Origin: an archaeon | GTDB taxonomy: Archaea > Asgardarchaeota > Thorarchaeia > Thorarchaeales > Thorarchaeaceae | Direction: 5' to 3' | Assembly (NCBI GenBank): GCA_024276825.1 | Contig: JAJRWI010000007.1 | Coordinates: 17,346-81,345, forward strand | Length of the DNA stretch: 64,000 nucleotides | Shown: positions 1-8,857 of the stretch, one piece after another | Layout: each line of letters starts with the position of its first letter | How positions within the stretch are numbered: position 1 is the stretch's first letter | The notes under the pieces: generated by a model | What the model was told of the DNA's origin: nothing | Database searches by the model: none | What the model saw: only the letters and a program-made list of their open reading frames with translations | Program-made: the position numbers and the translations under genes

Positions 1-1191
1 AAAGTCGAGATGATCAATAAGGGAGAGAGTCCAATTAAGGGTAAAGAACCAAAACTCGATGAACTCCTGAAATCTGTTGTATCATCAGGAACTCTAAAGG
101 CTACAACCTCATACGAGCCAATACGCGAGGCTGATTATGTTCTCATTGTTGTACAGACTCCATTTAATATGCTAAGCAAGGAACCTTATTATCAGGCCCT
201 ACGATCAGCTGTGAGAAGTGTCGGTCAAAACCTGAAAAGAGGAGCCCTGGTCATCATCGAGTCTACTGTTGCCCCAGGAACAATGAACAAGATAGTGATA
301 CCAATTCTTGAGGCAGAATCTGGTCTAAAGGCTGGAAAAGAATTCCTGCTAGCAACAGCACCTGAGCGAGTCATGCCGGGCAAACTTCTATGGAATCTTG
401 TAAATCTTGATCGTGTTGTAGGGGGCATCAATGAGGAGAGCACGCAAGCCGCTATTGAACTTTACAAACATATTGTCAAAGGCGAATTATATCCAACTGA
501 TGCTTTGACTGCAGAAATTGTAAAAACAACTGAGAATGCGTATCGTGATGTTCAGATTGCCTTTGCAAATGAGATAGCGCTTTTATGTGAAAATGTTGGT
601 GCTGATGTTTATCAAGTGAGAGAGCTTGTTAACAAATCGCCATATCGAAACATGCATCTGCCCGGAGCTGGAGTTGGCGGGCATTGCTTACCCAAAGACA
701 GTTGGCTTCTTGCATTCGGCGCAAGGGGTGCTAATTCTCCTCGATTGATTGCCCTAGCAAGAGAGATCAATGACTCTATGCCAAGGCATTTGAGTGACCT
801 CTGTGTGGAGGCGTTGAAAGAGGCAGGAGTTGGAATATATGGGGCAAAAGTCACCGTTCTTGGAATTGCATATCTTGAGAATTCTGATGATACTCGAAAT
901 TCACCAGCCTTCACACTAATCAAAGCATTGGAGGTCTATGGGGCACATCCTATTGTTCATGATCCATTCGTAGAAGAAGCAAACGGGATTGTGATTGAAA
1001 AGTCGCTTGATAATGCCATTCGTGATTCTGATTGCGTAGTTCTGGTGACCGCACATGACGACTATCATAACGTTGATCTTGATCATCTCAAAAAGCTGAT
1101 GCGGACCCCTGTCATCGTTGATGGAAGAAAGGTCTTTGACAAGAAAGAGTGCTATGCAAAGGGCTTTGTGTTTCGAGGCATAGGTCGTTGA
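1..1191 (+). CDS. Nucleotide-sugar (UDP-N-acetylhexosamine) 6-dehydrogenase, WecC/WbpA family; 5'-truncated by window edge
   Basis: Frame open from base 1. Motifs ESTVAPGT, PERVMPG, KTTENAYRDVQIAFANE, catalytic GVGGHCLPKD and DTRNSP. The N-terminal GxGxxG lies outside the window. Confidence 0.92.
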   Translation, partial: KVEMINKGESPIKGKEPKLDELLKSVVSSGTLKATTSYEPIREADYVLIVVQTPFNMLSKEPYYQALRSAVRSVGQNLKRGALVIIESTVAPGTMNKIVIPILEAESGLKAGKEFLLATAPERVMPGKLLWNLVNLDRVVGGINEESTQAAIELYKHIVKGELYPTDALTAEIVKTTENAYRDVQIAFANEIALLCENVGADVYQVRELVNKSPYRNMHLPGAGVGGHCLPKDSWLLAFGARGANSPRLIALAREINDSMPRHLSDLCVEALKEAGVGIYGAKVTVLGIAYLENSDDTRNSPAFTLIKALEVYGAHPIVHDPFVEEANGIVIEKSLDNAIRDSDCVVLVTAHDDYHNVDLDHLKKLMRTPVIVDGRKVFDKKECYAKGFVFRGIGR

Positions 1192-1277
1192 AACATGTTT
1201 CTGCCAAGTGTTGTCGTGCAATCATACTAATTTGGAGAGAAACACAAGTCTTTTCTCCAAGTGGGTAACAATTACTG

Positions 1278-2129
1278 ATGGTGATACAAGTGACGAGGAT
1301 GCCTGTCGTTGCGGGCAGCTTTTACGAGGGAGATCATGAACTCTTAATGAAACGCCTGAAGAACTGTTTTCTCGGAGAGCTTGGGCCAGGTCAATTGCCA
1401 GAGGGTGCACCAGGAAGCAGTCGAAAATTGAAAGCAATCATCTCACCTCATGCAGGGTATATATATTCTGGAATGACCGCTGCCAATAATTATTTTCGAC
1501 TCTTTCAAGATGGTCGTCCAGACCATATTGTAATTATTGGACCAAATCATACTGGATACGGAAACAGTATTGCTATTTGCGAGGAGGATTGGCAGACCCC
1601 ATTAGGGGTTGTAAGATACGACAGATTGCTTGGCGGCGAGCTCATCGAGGGAAATGAGTATATCACTTCAGACTGTATAGCTCATAGTAGTGAACATTCA
1701 ATTGAAGTCCAGCTGCCATTCCTGCAGTATATATTTGGCGAAGATGTATCATTCGTGCCAATGTGTATAAGAGAGCATAGATATGAAACTCTTGAGTCGA
1801 TTGGGAAGACTCTTGTTCAACTTGCTAAAGAAATGGACATCCTCATTATTGCAAGTTCTGATTTCACGCATTTCGAACCTGCAGATGCTGCGAGAATGAA
1901 GGACCAGCAGGCAATTGAGTATCTGCAATTTCTAAATCCCAAAGGATTCCTCGAGTATGTGTTGAAACATCGAGTCAGTATTTGCGGAGTGGCCCCGATT
2001 ACAATAGCAACTGTCTTTGCCAAAGAACTTGGTGCAACTGAGTTTAACATTATCAAGTACACTAACTCTGGTGACATCACTGGTGATCGTAGCAGTGTGG
2101 TTGCATACGTTTCAGCTGAATTCATCTAA
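1278..2129 (+). CDS. amrB: AmmeMemoRadiSam system protein B / MEMO1 family
   Basis: PVVAGSFY, SPHAGYIYSG, GPNHTG, EHSIEVQLPF, ASSDFTH, SICG and VVAY motifs. Confidence 0.93.
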   Translation: MVIQVTRMPVVAGSFYEGDHELLMKRLKNCFLGELGPGQLPEGAPGSSRKLKAIISPHAGYIYSGMTAANNYFRLFQDGRPDHIVIIGPNHTGYGNSIAICEEDWQTPLGVVRYDRLLGGELIEGNEYITSDCIAHSSEHSIEVQLPFLQYIFGEDVSFVPMCIREHRYETLESIGKTLVQLAKEMDILIIASSDFTHFEPADAARMKDQQAIEYLQFLNPKGFLEYVLKHRVSICGVAPITIATVFAKELGATEFNIIKYTNSGDITGDRSSVVAYVSAEFI

Positions 2130-2144
2130 ACCTGTGAGTGATAA

Positions 2145-3491
2145 TTACAGTGTTTCAGGCGTGTTTGAATGACTCAGTGGCGATTCATCATCCTTCAATA
2201 GTTTTGGAATATAACTCGGCAGACCTATGGCACCTACTATTGCCCCTGCAAAGGATGCAGCTGCTGCGACAATTAATCCCTCGGTGCTCGTGTTATACAT
2301 ATCATAAAGAACACCTCCGAGCAAAGGTGAAACGACATAGGCACCATTACTGATTGCTCCAAACATGCCCATGATTGATCCATAATGCTCCTTGTCGGTC
2401 AGATCTGCAATCAATGCTTGGATAGTTGGGCCCCTCATGGAAATAGCAATTGCAAGAACACTGCCTGCAACAATGAAGTCCACAGTATCGCCAGAAACAA
2501 GGAAGAACAACAATGAAATCGTTCCCACAACTGATCCAGCAACTATCAACCACTTTCGACCAGAAGTATCAGAGATCTTTCCAAAGGCCACATTTCCAAC
2601 TATCATGACAAGTCCGAGCACACCAAAGAAGATACCAATCTCTATGGGTGTGATGCCAAATCGTTCAACTGCATCTAATACAAATGCCACTTCTAGTATG
2701 CCCATTGCGAACATGTTTGCAAACATTGCAATGCCAAGAGCAGAATATGCCTTTGTATTATTTGAGATGACCTTACGGACAGATATCTTTGGTCTATCCC
2801 CATAAGCTGCAGTTCGGTGTTTAGGCTCGGAGACCAGTACAAGGATTGCCATAAAGGTCCCGAGAGTTATGACAGCTGCGACTATGAAGGGGAGCCGAAT
2901 ACCCAAGAATTGAGCTAGGACACCTCCAATTGTTGGACCTATTATAAAACCAACCATGTTTCCCATACTGAGATAGCCCATTGCAGTGCCTCTGTTCTCA
3001 GGAACTGTCATATCAGATACAAATGCATTAGCCGCAGGAAAGAAACCAGCAGAAACAGCACCTTCGAGAGCACGCGCTAGGATCATGACAATGATATTTG
3101 ATGCAAACGCATAGACCACATTTGCAAAGGCAAAGCCTATCATGGACCCCAATAGAACTGGGCGTCTTCCAACTTTGTCAGAGAGACCTCCAAAAGGGCC
3201 CGCAAGTAGAATTCGAGTTATGGCGAATGAGGCTGCAAGGACTCCAAGTTCAGTACCACCCACACCAAGCGCAACGATGTAATAGGGAAAGATAGGAGTC
3301 ACTATTCCAAAGCCAATTTGCAGAATGCTCAGAGAAAAGGCCAACATCCAGACCTGATGCATACCCTCTTGCCGGTCTATTTCAGCAATATCATTATTTG
3401 GAGAGTATGTTTCAGTCTGCATGAAAAACCCTCGAAAACAAGATTTGAGTGGTCTTTTTAGGCATTGCTGACGGGGTAATTTATTTTTCAA
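2145..3491 (-). CDS. MFS transporter, DHA1/TetA-like (true start probably downstream of 3491, near MQTETY)
   Basis: About 12 hydrophobic segments; motif A GGLSDKVGRR and its repeat GKISDTSGRK; IGPTIGG antiporter motif. Confidence 0.9.
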   Translation of the reverse strand: MKNKLPRQQCLKRPLKSCFRGFFMQTETYSPNNDIAEIDRQEGMHQVWMLAFSLSILQIGFGIVTPIFPYYIVALGVGGTELGVLAASFAITRILLAGPFGGLSDKVGRRPVLLGSMIGFAFANVVYAFASNIIVMILARALEGAVSAGFFPAANAFVSDMTVPENRGTAMGYLSMGNMVGFIIGPTIGGVLAQFLGIRLPFIVAAVITLGTFMAILVLVSEPKHRTAAYGDRPKISVRKVISNNTKAYSALGIAMFANMFAMGILEVAFVLDAVERFGITPIEIGIFFGVLGLVMIVGNVAFGKISDTSGRKWLIVAGSVVGTISLLFFLVSGDTVDFIVAGSVLAIAISMRGPTIQALIADLTDKEHYGSIMGMFGAISNGAYVVSPLLGGVLYDMYNTSTEGLIVAAAASFAGAIVGAIGLPSYIPKLLKDDESPLSHSNTPETL

Positions 3492-3996
3492 TTATCACTT
3501 TGCTGACACCATCTATCTCAGTCAGGATCTCAATTACAGATCCAGGGAGTGGGTCCTCCGTAATGACTTTCAGACAGGGCTCCTTGTAAATTGCAACATC
3601 TTCTGCCACAACCTGTCGTATGGTTATTCCATGTCCTGCAATGGTCGCAGTGACTCGAGAGAGAATCCCAGGGGTTTCTGGTGACTCCACAAAGATTGTG
3701 ACAACGCCATATCCGAAGATCTTGCTGACTTTCTCCAACGAACTGCCTGCAGGTCGGAGTAGTCTAAAGAACTCATAGAGATCTGGATGTTCCCAGATAA
3801 CTTCGGTTGTAGCACGAACCGTCCTGCGGTCAACTTTTGGTGACAACGAGTCGCCAATGGACTTGAGTGGAATTCTTATGTTGCCACACTTTACTATGCC
3901 AGGACCCTCTATATGAAACCCATGGCGAATCAAGGTTTCAGCAATCTTAAGACGTTGTGGAGAGTCTTTGAAACACTCCACAATTTGCTTCCACAT
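3481..3996 (-). CDS. Archaeal ACT-domain regulator of amino-acid metabolism (COG2150-like)
   Basis: N-terminal MW..I...F...P, VDRRTV motif, C-terminal ACT fold PGILSRVT...GITIRQ. Confidence 0.8.
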   Translation of the reverse strand: MWKQIVECFKDSPQRLKIAETLIRHGFHIEGPGIVKCGNIRIPLKSIGDSLSPKVDRRTVRATTEVIWEHPDLYEFFRLLRPAGSSLEKVSKIFGYGVVTIFVESPETPGILSRVTATIAGHGITIRQVVAEDVAIYKEPCLKVITEDPLPGSVIEILTEIDGVSKVIIEK

Positions 3997-4092
3997 CGCA
4001 TACTACTCCTTTCAGTCCCTTTTATATCATCATGCCGCATATTATTTCTTTGGCTTTGCTGAATGAATGCAACAAGTTGGAGATGTGACCAT

Positions 4093-4398
4093 ATGGGAGA
4101 ATCATACAAGGTGATAGCAGAGGTGTTTGAGATCAGATCTGAGCCTGGCAAGCAGCCATGTTCTCTATACTCAATAGGTGATAAGTTCGACCTTTCGGAT
4201 ATGGAAGACAGAGCAAAACTCTGCCACTGGGCATTTCATTCAATGTTGCCATTCTGGTCAGTATTGCGGTTTGGTGGCACTCTACCTTGGGAACCAGATC
4301 CCGATGTGGCCTATGTGGCATGTCCAGACCCGAACAACGTGGTTGTTTTTAAGCTCTCACGAACTCGGGAACAAGAAGAGAAGGCGAAAGATGAATGA
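4093..4398 (+). CDS. TIGR04076-family small Cys-rich protein
   Basis: C...Y.IGDKF, LCHWAF and CPDP...VVFKL pattern; ATG at 4093 preferred over 4063. Confidence 0.75.
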   Translation: MGESYKVIAEVFEIRSEPGKQPCSLYSIGDKFDLSDMEDRAKLCHWAFHSMLPFWSVLRFGGTLPWEPDPDVAYVACPDPNNVVVFKLSRTREQEEKAKDE

Positions 4399-6501
4399 TT
4401 GCCCGTAGAGCTCTGCGGAGATGATGCAATCTCAATTGAAGTGATCTGGATGAGTGATAATGTACAGAGAATTTTGGCCAAGCTAGAAGTGTATCCTGTT
4501 CATAAACTCAGTTTCAACATTCTTTGTTCTTGCCTCAAGTCTTTGCAAGAATCACTCAATATTAATGATCTCAACGAGTTCACATCTACTGACATACCAA
4601 TTCTCACAGGACTCTCAAGACTTAATGATATTGATTTCCACATCATATCTAATGAGATGAAGAGGTCGATTCCTATCAAGCAATGTCAGAATCAAGTACA
4701 GAAGTTGCTCTCGCAGGAGGATCGGAAACGCTTTGCTGCTTTCTTCACCAGATCAAAAGGCACAAGTTTCATGGCACAAGTAGTAGCGAAGTACATCGAA
4801 ACAGAGAAGAGAAGTCAGGTCATAATCGCCGATCCATTTTTGGGGTCTGGACAAACACTTACAGAGGCAGTGGGGTACATTGGCATAAATCGAATCAAGA
4901 GTGTATGGGGAATTGAGCCAGTTTCACTGTCTGCTCTAGTGGCATATGCTGCACTGATGAAGCAGTTTGATGGCAGAGGAAGTGCTGTCAACATAAATGT
5001 GGGAGATGCATTCGAGATACTGAGCAGTAATGGAAGTTCAAGAGTTGGCTATTCAGCAGATGTCATCCTTACCAATCCTCCCTTTACTAGAGGGCAATAT
5101 CTCGACAGGGATTACCGCAGGTTCCTACTATCAACGGTGAGGAGTCTGGGCTATGGCAAATACCTTGCGCGTCGTGATACGAGTCTACAGATCCTGTCAA
5201 TGTTTCTTGCAGATCATATTCTAGGGGACAAGGGGCTTCTTGTTTCTGTCCTTCCAGCATCCACATTCTACACGCTCTCTGGTCGTGGACTGAAGAAAAT
5301 GCTTGGACAAGAATATTGCATTCATTCAATAGTTGGGACAGACTCACAAACATCATTCTCTGAAGACAGCGGCTTCAAAGAAGTCATTCTGATTGCGACC
5401 AAGGGGCATACTGGGAAGAATAAAACATTATTCGCAAATCTTAACGAGAACACCAAATTCCTTGTCAACGAGCTATTTGATGTTCAAAGCAGGTCACTCC
5501 ATCAAAGAGTTGACCTCAACAACATTTCGAGATTCTTTTACAATAACTGGATTGTCTTCTTGAATGACTCAGGACTGGTCAACATAATCAATGATTTATT
5601 CATTCAGGGACTAGAATCGGGCACACTCGGCTATTGGAGTGAGATCTTGAATCGCGGCAGCATAATCAGAGGAGTGGAGATGTATGGCCCAGAGTTCTTT
5701 TTCATCCCAAACAAGTTCTGGTCCATTAGTGGAGCGACCAAGAAGTATATAGAAATATTCAATCCTGCTGAAAGAGTCAAACTTGCAATTGATAGAAGAT
5801 ATCTAGTGCGAGCATTGCGAAAACCCAGTCTTTATGCAATGACCATGACTGCAAAAGTGGAGTCGTTCATGCTTTCATTGCCGGAAGTGTCAATGGCACG
5901 ATTTCCTTCGGATATTCAACAGTATATCAAATGGGGAGTCAGATCAGGAACTGCGAGCCCTGCAATAGTAAACTATGGAGAGTATTGGTACAGTCATGTC
6001 CATCGGCAGATGATGACAAAGCAACCTTTTGGTCAGCTGTTCTTCCCAGACAAGGTGGACATCAAGTTCAAGAGGAGAGGAGTGTTTGCGAACTTCACAC
6101 AAGACAACATTGCTGCATCTAAAAATTTCTATATAGTAAAAAATCAATATATTGATCAGACAAGATTGTTGTTGGCATGGTTCAATAGCACATTCTTCTT
6201 GGCCAGTCTTCTCGTGCTTGGAAGAAATATATCAAGAACATGGACACGCTTGTTAATCAATGACTATATGGAACTGCCAGTGATCAATGTGAAGTCGATT
6301 GCCGCTGAGAAAATGAGGGATATCATCGATTGTATTGATACTATGGTATCTGCTGAACTCTCACCTTTTTGGGAGCAGATCGATAGTGAATATCGTACAA
6401 ACATGGACATTGCAATTGCAAAGGCGATTGGAGTGAGGGATCCAAGGAGCCTTGTCAAGCGATTATATGGAGGATTAAGAAGGTGGAGAGAGAACAACTA
6501 G
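4399..6501 (+). CDS. N6-adenine DNA methyltransferase (gamma class, with C-terminal TRD-like region); likely start ATG 4450
   Basis: Motif I ADPFLGSG precedes motif IV ILTNPPF; C-terminal LLAWFNST...ELPV typical of TRD-containing MTases. Confidence 0.82.
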   Translation: MPVELCGDDAISIEVIWMSDNVQRILAKLEVYPVHKLSFNILCSCLKSLQESLNINDLNEFTSTDIPILTGLSRLNDIDFHIISNEMKRSIPIKQCQNQVQKLLSQEDRKRFAAFFTRSKGTSFMAQVVAKYIETEKRSQVIIADPFLGSGQTLTEAVGYIGINRIKSVWGIEPVSLSALVAYAALMKQFDGRGSAVNINVGDAFEILSSNGSSRVGYSADVILTNPPFTRGQYLDRDYRRFLLSTVRSLGYGKYLARRDTSLQILSMFLADHILGDKGLLVSVLPASTFYTLSGRGLKKMLGQEYCIHSIVGTDSQTSFSEDSGFKEVILIATKGHTGKNKTLFANLNENTKFLVNELFDVQSRSLHQRVDLNNISRFFYNNWIVFLNDSGLVNIINDLFIQGLESGTLGYWSEILNRGSIIRGVEMYGPEFFFIPNKFWSISGATKKYIEIFNPAERVKLAIDRRYLVRALRKPSLYAMTMTAKVESFMLSLPEVSMARFPSDIQQYIKWGVRSGTASPAIVNYGEYWYSHVHRQMMTKQPFGQLFFPDKVDIKFKRRGVFANFTQDNIAASKNFYIVKNQYIDQTRLLLAWFNSTFFLASLLVLGRNISRTWTRLLINDYMELPVINVKSIAAEKMRDIIDCIDTMVSAELSPFWEQIDSEYRTNMDIAIAKAIGVRDPRSLVKRLYGGLRRWRENN

Positions 6502-7070
6502 TGGAGGAGTTTCTCCATTAGAACTTCATCAATATAGTCGTGGGGCATTTTGAAGTGCTTCTTTCTGATTCCCACAAAGCGATAGCCCATTGACTCGTAA
6601 AGTCGTCTTGCAATCATATTGTCTTCGAATGTGGACAGGATTATTTTCTCATAGTCCATTTCACGTGCGAATTCTTCTGCACATTGCATAAGAGCCCGAC
6701 CAACACCAATGCATCTGAAGTCTTTCATCACAACAATTCCGAGACGGGCAACATGCTTTGATGCCATCCATTCTTCAGGCTGCAATGATAGATGTCCGAC
6801 ATATTCGCCATCAATCATAGCCTTGAGAATCACTTCACGGCGAAAATGGGTCTGTTGAATCCATCGAGTCCAGTCATCCACATTTGAATTGGGCTTCAAG
6901 ACTGGAAGCCAACGACGTTCTCCGACTACAGAGTTGAATCCGTTGTAAAGAACCTCTGCATCATTGACAGTGGCGCGTCTGATTATGACTGTTCGACCAT
7001 CTTTTGTGGAATATTCCCATTCTCTCATCAACTCAGCGCTCCAATTCTGGACATTACTTGAGAACTTCAA
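6498..7070 (-). CDS. GNAT family N-acetyltransferase (likely start ATG 7028)
   Basis: IRRATVND, acetyl-CoA motif FRCIGVGRALM, N..ARRLYESMGY. Confidence 0.88.
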   Translation of the reverse strand: MKFSSNVQNWSAELMREWEYSTKDGRTVIIRRATVNDAEVLYNGFNSVVGERRWLPVLKPNSNVDDWTRWIQQTHFRREVILKAMIDGEYVGHLSLQPEEWMASKHVARLGIVVMKDFRCIGVGRALMQCAEEFAREMDYEKIILSTFEDNMIARRLYESMGYRFVGIRKKHFKMPHDYIDEVLMEKLLH

Positions 7071-7890
7071 CTCTTTTCAATGGGCTGACATCAATCCTCT
7101 CGCCTGGTCGAGGTAGGGAACAAGCATAAACGCTATCAAGTTGGATGTATGCACTGTTATCATCAATAATCCTGAAAGTGCCTTTGACTTGAAACACTTG
7201 AGGCTCCATGGTGACAAGAAGTACCGCAACATGTTGTCCATCCTTCAGTGAATATCCCCTTCGTTTCTCCTCTCCCCTGTTGACCACTAGGGCATTCGGT
7301 GCTGCTGATACCATCCCCATACAGGGCATTGCAACAGGATATCCATCATCATCTATGAATGCGAGGACCTTGACAGCAGCCATCATGTCAAACCGCTTTC
7401 TCACATTGAGTGGCAAGTTGCCTTCTTCGGTTGGAGAGACCCTGACTTTTGATCTGGCCCTCTTGGCCTTCAAATATGAAGAAAGGATTGGGAGCTTGCA
7501 GATTCTCAAGTTATTACTGGCCCAGACTGCATCGGCCACACCAGCTGCTCGTGCATTGGTATACTGACTATATCTAAAGAGGGGAGTCATCGCCATAAAC
7601 TCATAATACTCGTCATTACGGTGGAACGACTCAAAGTCTGCCTTGATCAACCAATTGTCAAGGTCTAGGGTCATAACGAGAATTGACATCTTTATGTTTC
7701 CAGCTTCAAGATTCTTGCGAGTCTTGTAGGTCATGAAGTCTCCATACACAAGCCTGTCCTTCTCATAGACATCCCAAGACATCACCAATGCCACATTGGG
7801 CTCATCATTACTATCCTTGGTGACCATGAATTTGGGATTCTCAAAAACCTTCAGGGCTCTGGCCAGATCTTCTATTATCACATTAGCCAC
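7054..7890 (-). CDS. Tandem pyridoxamine-5'-phosphate-oxidase-like (FMN split-barrel) protein
   Basis: Two similar halves starting KFMVTKDSNDEPNV and KVLAFIDDDGYPV; KTRKNL motif; FQVKG strand. Confidence 0.65.
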   Translation of the reverse strand: MANVIIEDLARALKVFENPKFMVTKDSNDEPNVALVMSWDVYEKDRLVYGDFMTYKTRKNLEAGNIKMSILVMTLDLDNWLIKADFESFHRNDEYYEFMAMTPLFRYSQYTNARAAGVADAVWASNNLRICKLPILSSYLKAKRARSKVRVSPTEEGNLPLNVRKRFDMMAAVKVLAFIDDDGYPVAMPCMGMVSAAPNALVVNRGEEKRRGYSLKDGQHVAVLLVTMEPQVFQVKGTFRIIDDNSAYIQLDSVYACSLPRPGERIDVSPLKRVEVLK

Positions 7891-8857
7891 ATTTAGTCAC
7901 CTCCATTTTTGGTGAGGACTGCTCATTATCATCTCTCTGAGTCATCCCGGACCAGTGAACATTCTTTACTCCAGCATCTCGTGCAATCAGTGATAGGTGT
8001 TCCATCACTTCCCTTGATATCAATGGAGCATCCTTCAGGAGGTAGGTGGTATCAAAGAGAGTATACTTGTCGATGCACATATTGTTGAATGCAAGGAGGT
8101 CATAACGTTCAACATTGGGCAGACTGCTGACTATGAACTCTGCAATAGCACGAATATTATCAATGTTATCAGTATGATCAGGAATGATTGGTGTTCGTAT
8201 CCACATCGGTATGCCAGATTCAGCAATCACCTTGGCATTCTCTAGAATTCGCTCATTAGGAACTCCAGTATGCTTCTCATGCAAGGCGGAGTCCATGATC
8301 TTCAAGTCATAAAGTACCAAGTCAAAATGTGGAAGGGCTCTTCGAAGGACTAACTCGCTATAATATCCACAAGTGTCGAGTGCTACATGAATCCCTAGTT
8401 TCTTCAGACCCTCAGCCACTTCTATTACAAAATCTGGCTGATATAGAGGCTCACCACCTGACAGCGTTACTCCGCCATTAGAGGTCTCGAAGAAGATGGC
8501 GTCTCGTGCCAGCTCCTCAACCAAGTCCTCTGCAGCCCATTCTTGACCCATGAGTTCCATTGCCGTTGTAGGACAGACCTCGACGCAAGTGCCACACACT
8601 TTGCATCTGATGCGATCAACCTTCATTCCATCCTTTGTGAGTTCCAATGCATTCTCGGGACAAGACCTCACACATGCTTGGTCGCCGATGCAACGAGTAC
8701 TGTGCCAGATTATGATTGGGTCCGCATTGATAGTTTCAATGTTATGGCACCAGACGCATCTTAGGGGACAACCTTTTAGGAAAGCGGTCGTTCGGATCCC
8801 CGGACCGTCCTCTGTTGAGCATCGTTGGATATTCGTAATCAGGCCTTTTGCTGTCAT
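7883..8857 (-). CDS. Glycyl-radical enzyme activating enzyme (radical SAM with ferredoxin insert)
   Basis: DGPGIRT, GCPLRCVWCHN (CxxxCxxC), insert CKVCGTCVEVCP, GVTLSGGEP, DTCG. Confidence 0.95.
   Translation of the reverse strand: MTAKGLITNIQRCSTEDGPGIRTTAFLKGCPLRCVWCHNIETINADPIIIWHSTRCIGDQACVRSCPENALELTKDGMKVDRIRCKVCGTCVEVCPTTAMELMGQEWAAEDLVEELARDAIFFETSNGGVTLSGGEPLYQPDFVIEVAEGLKKLGIHVALDTCGYYSELVLRRALPHFDLVLYDLKIMDSALHEKHTGVPNERILENAKVIAESGIPMWIRTPIIPDHTDNIDNIRAIAEFIVSSLPNVERYDLLAFNNMCIDKYTLFDTTYLLKDAPLISREVMEHLSLIARDAGVKNVHWSGMTQRDDNEQSSPKMEVTKCG

Noticed and set aside
4396-4401. TGA of the TIGR04076 gene is immediately followed in frame by the methyltransferase ORF (possible selenocysteine read-through fusion)
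   Set aside because: The two proteins are unrelated and each looks complete. The TGA follows a charged tail, not a Cys-equivalent site. The MTase has its own ATG at 4450, and no SECIS was recognised.
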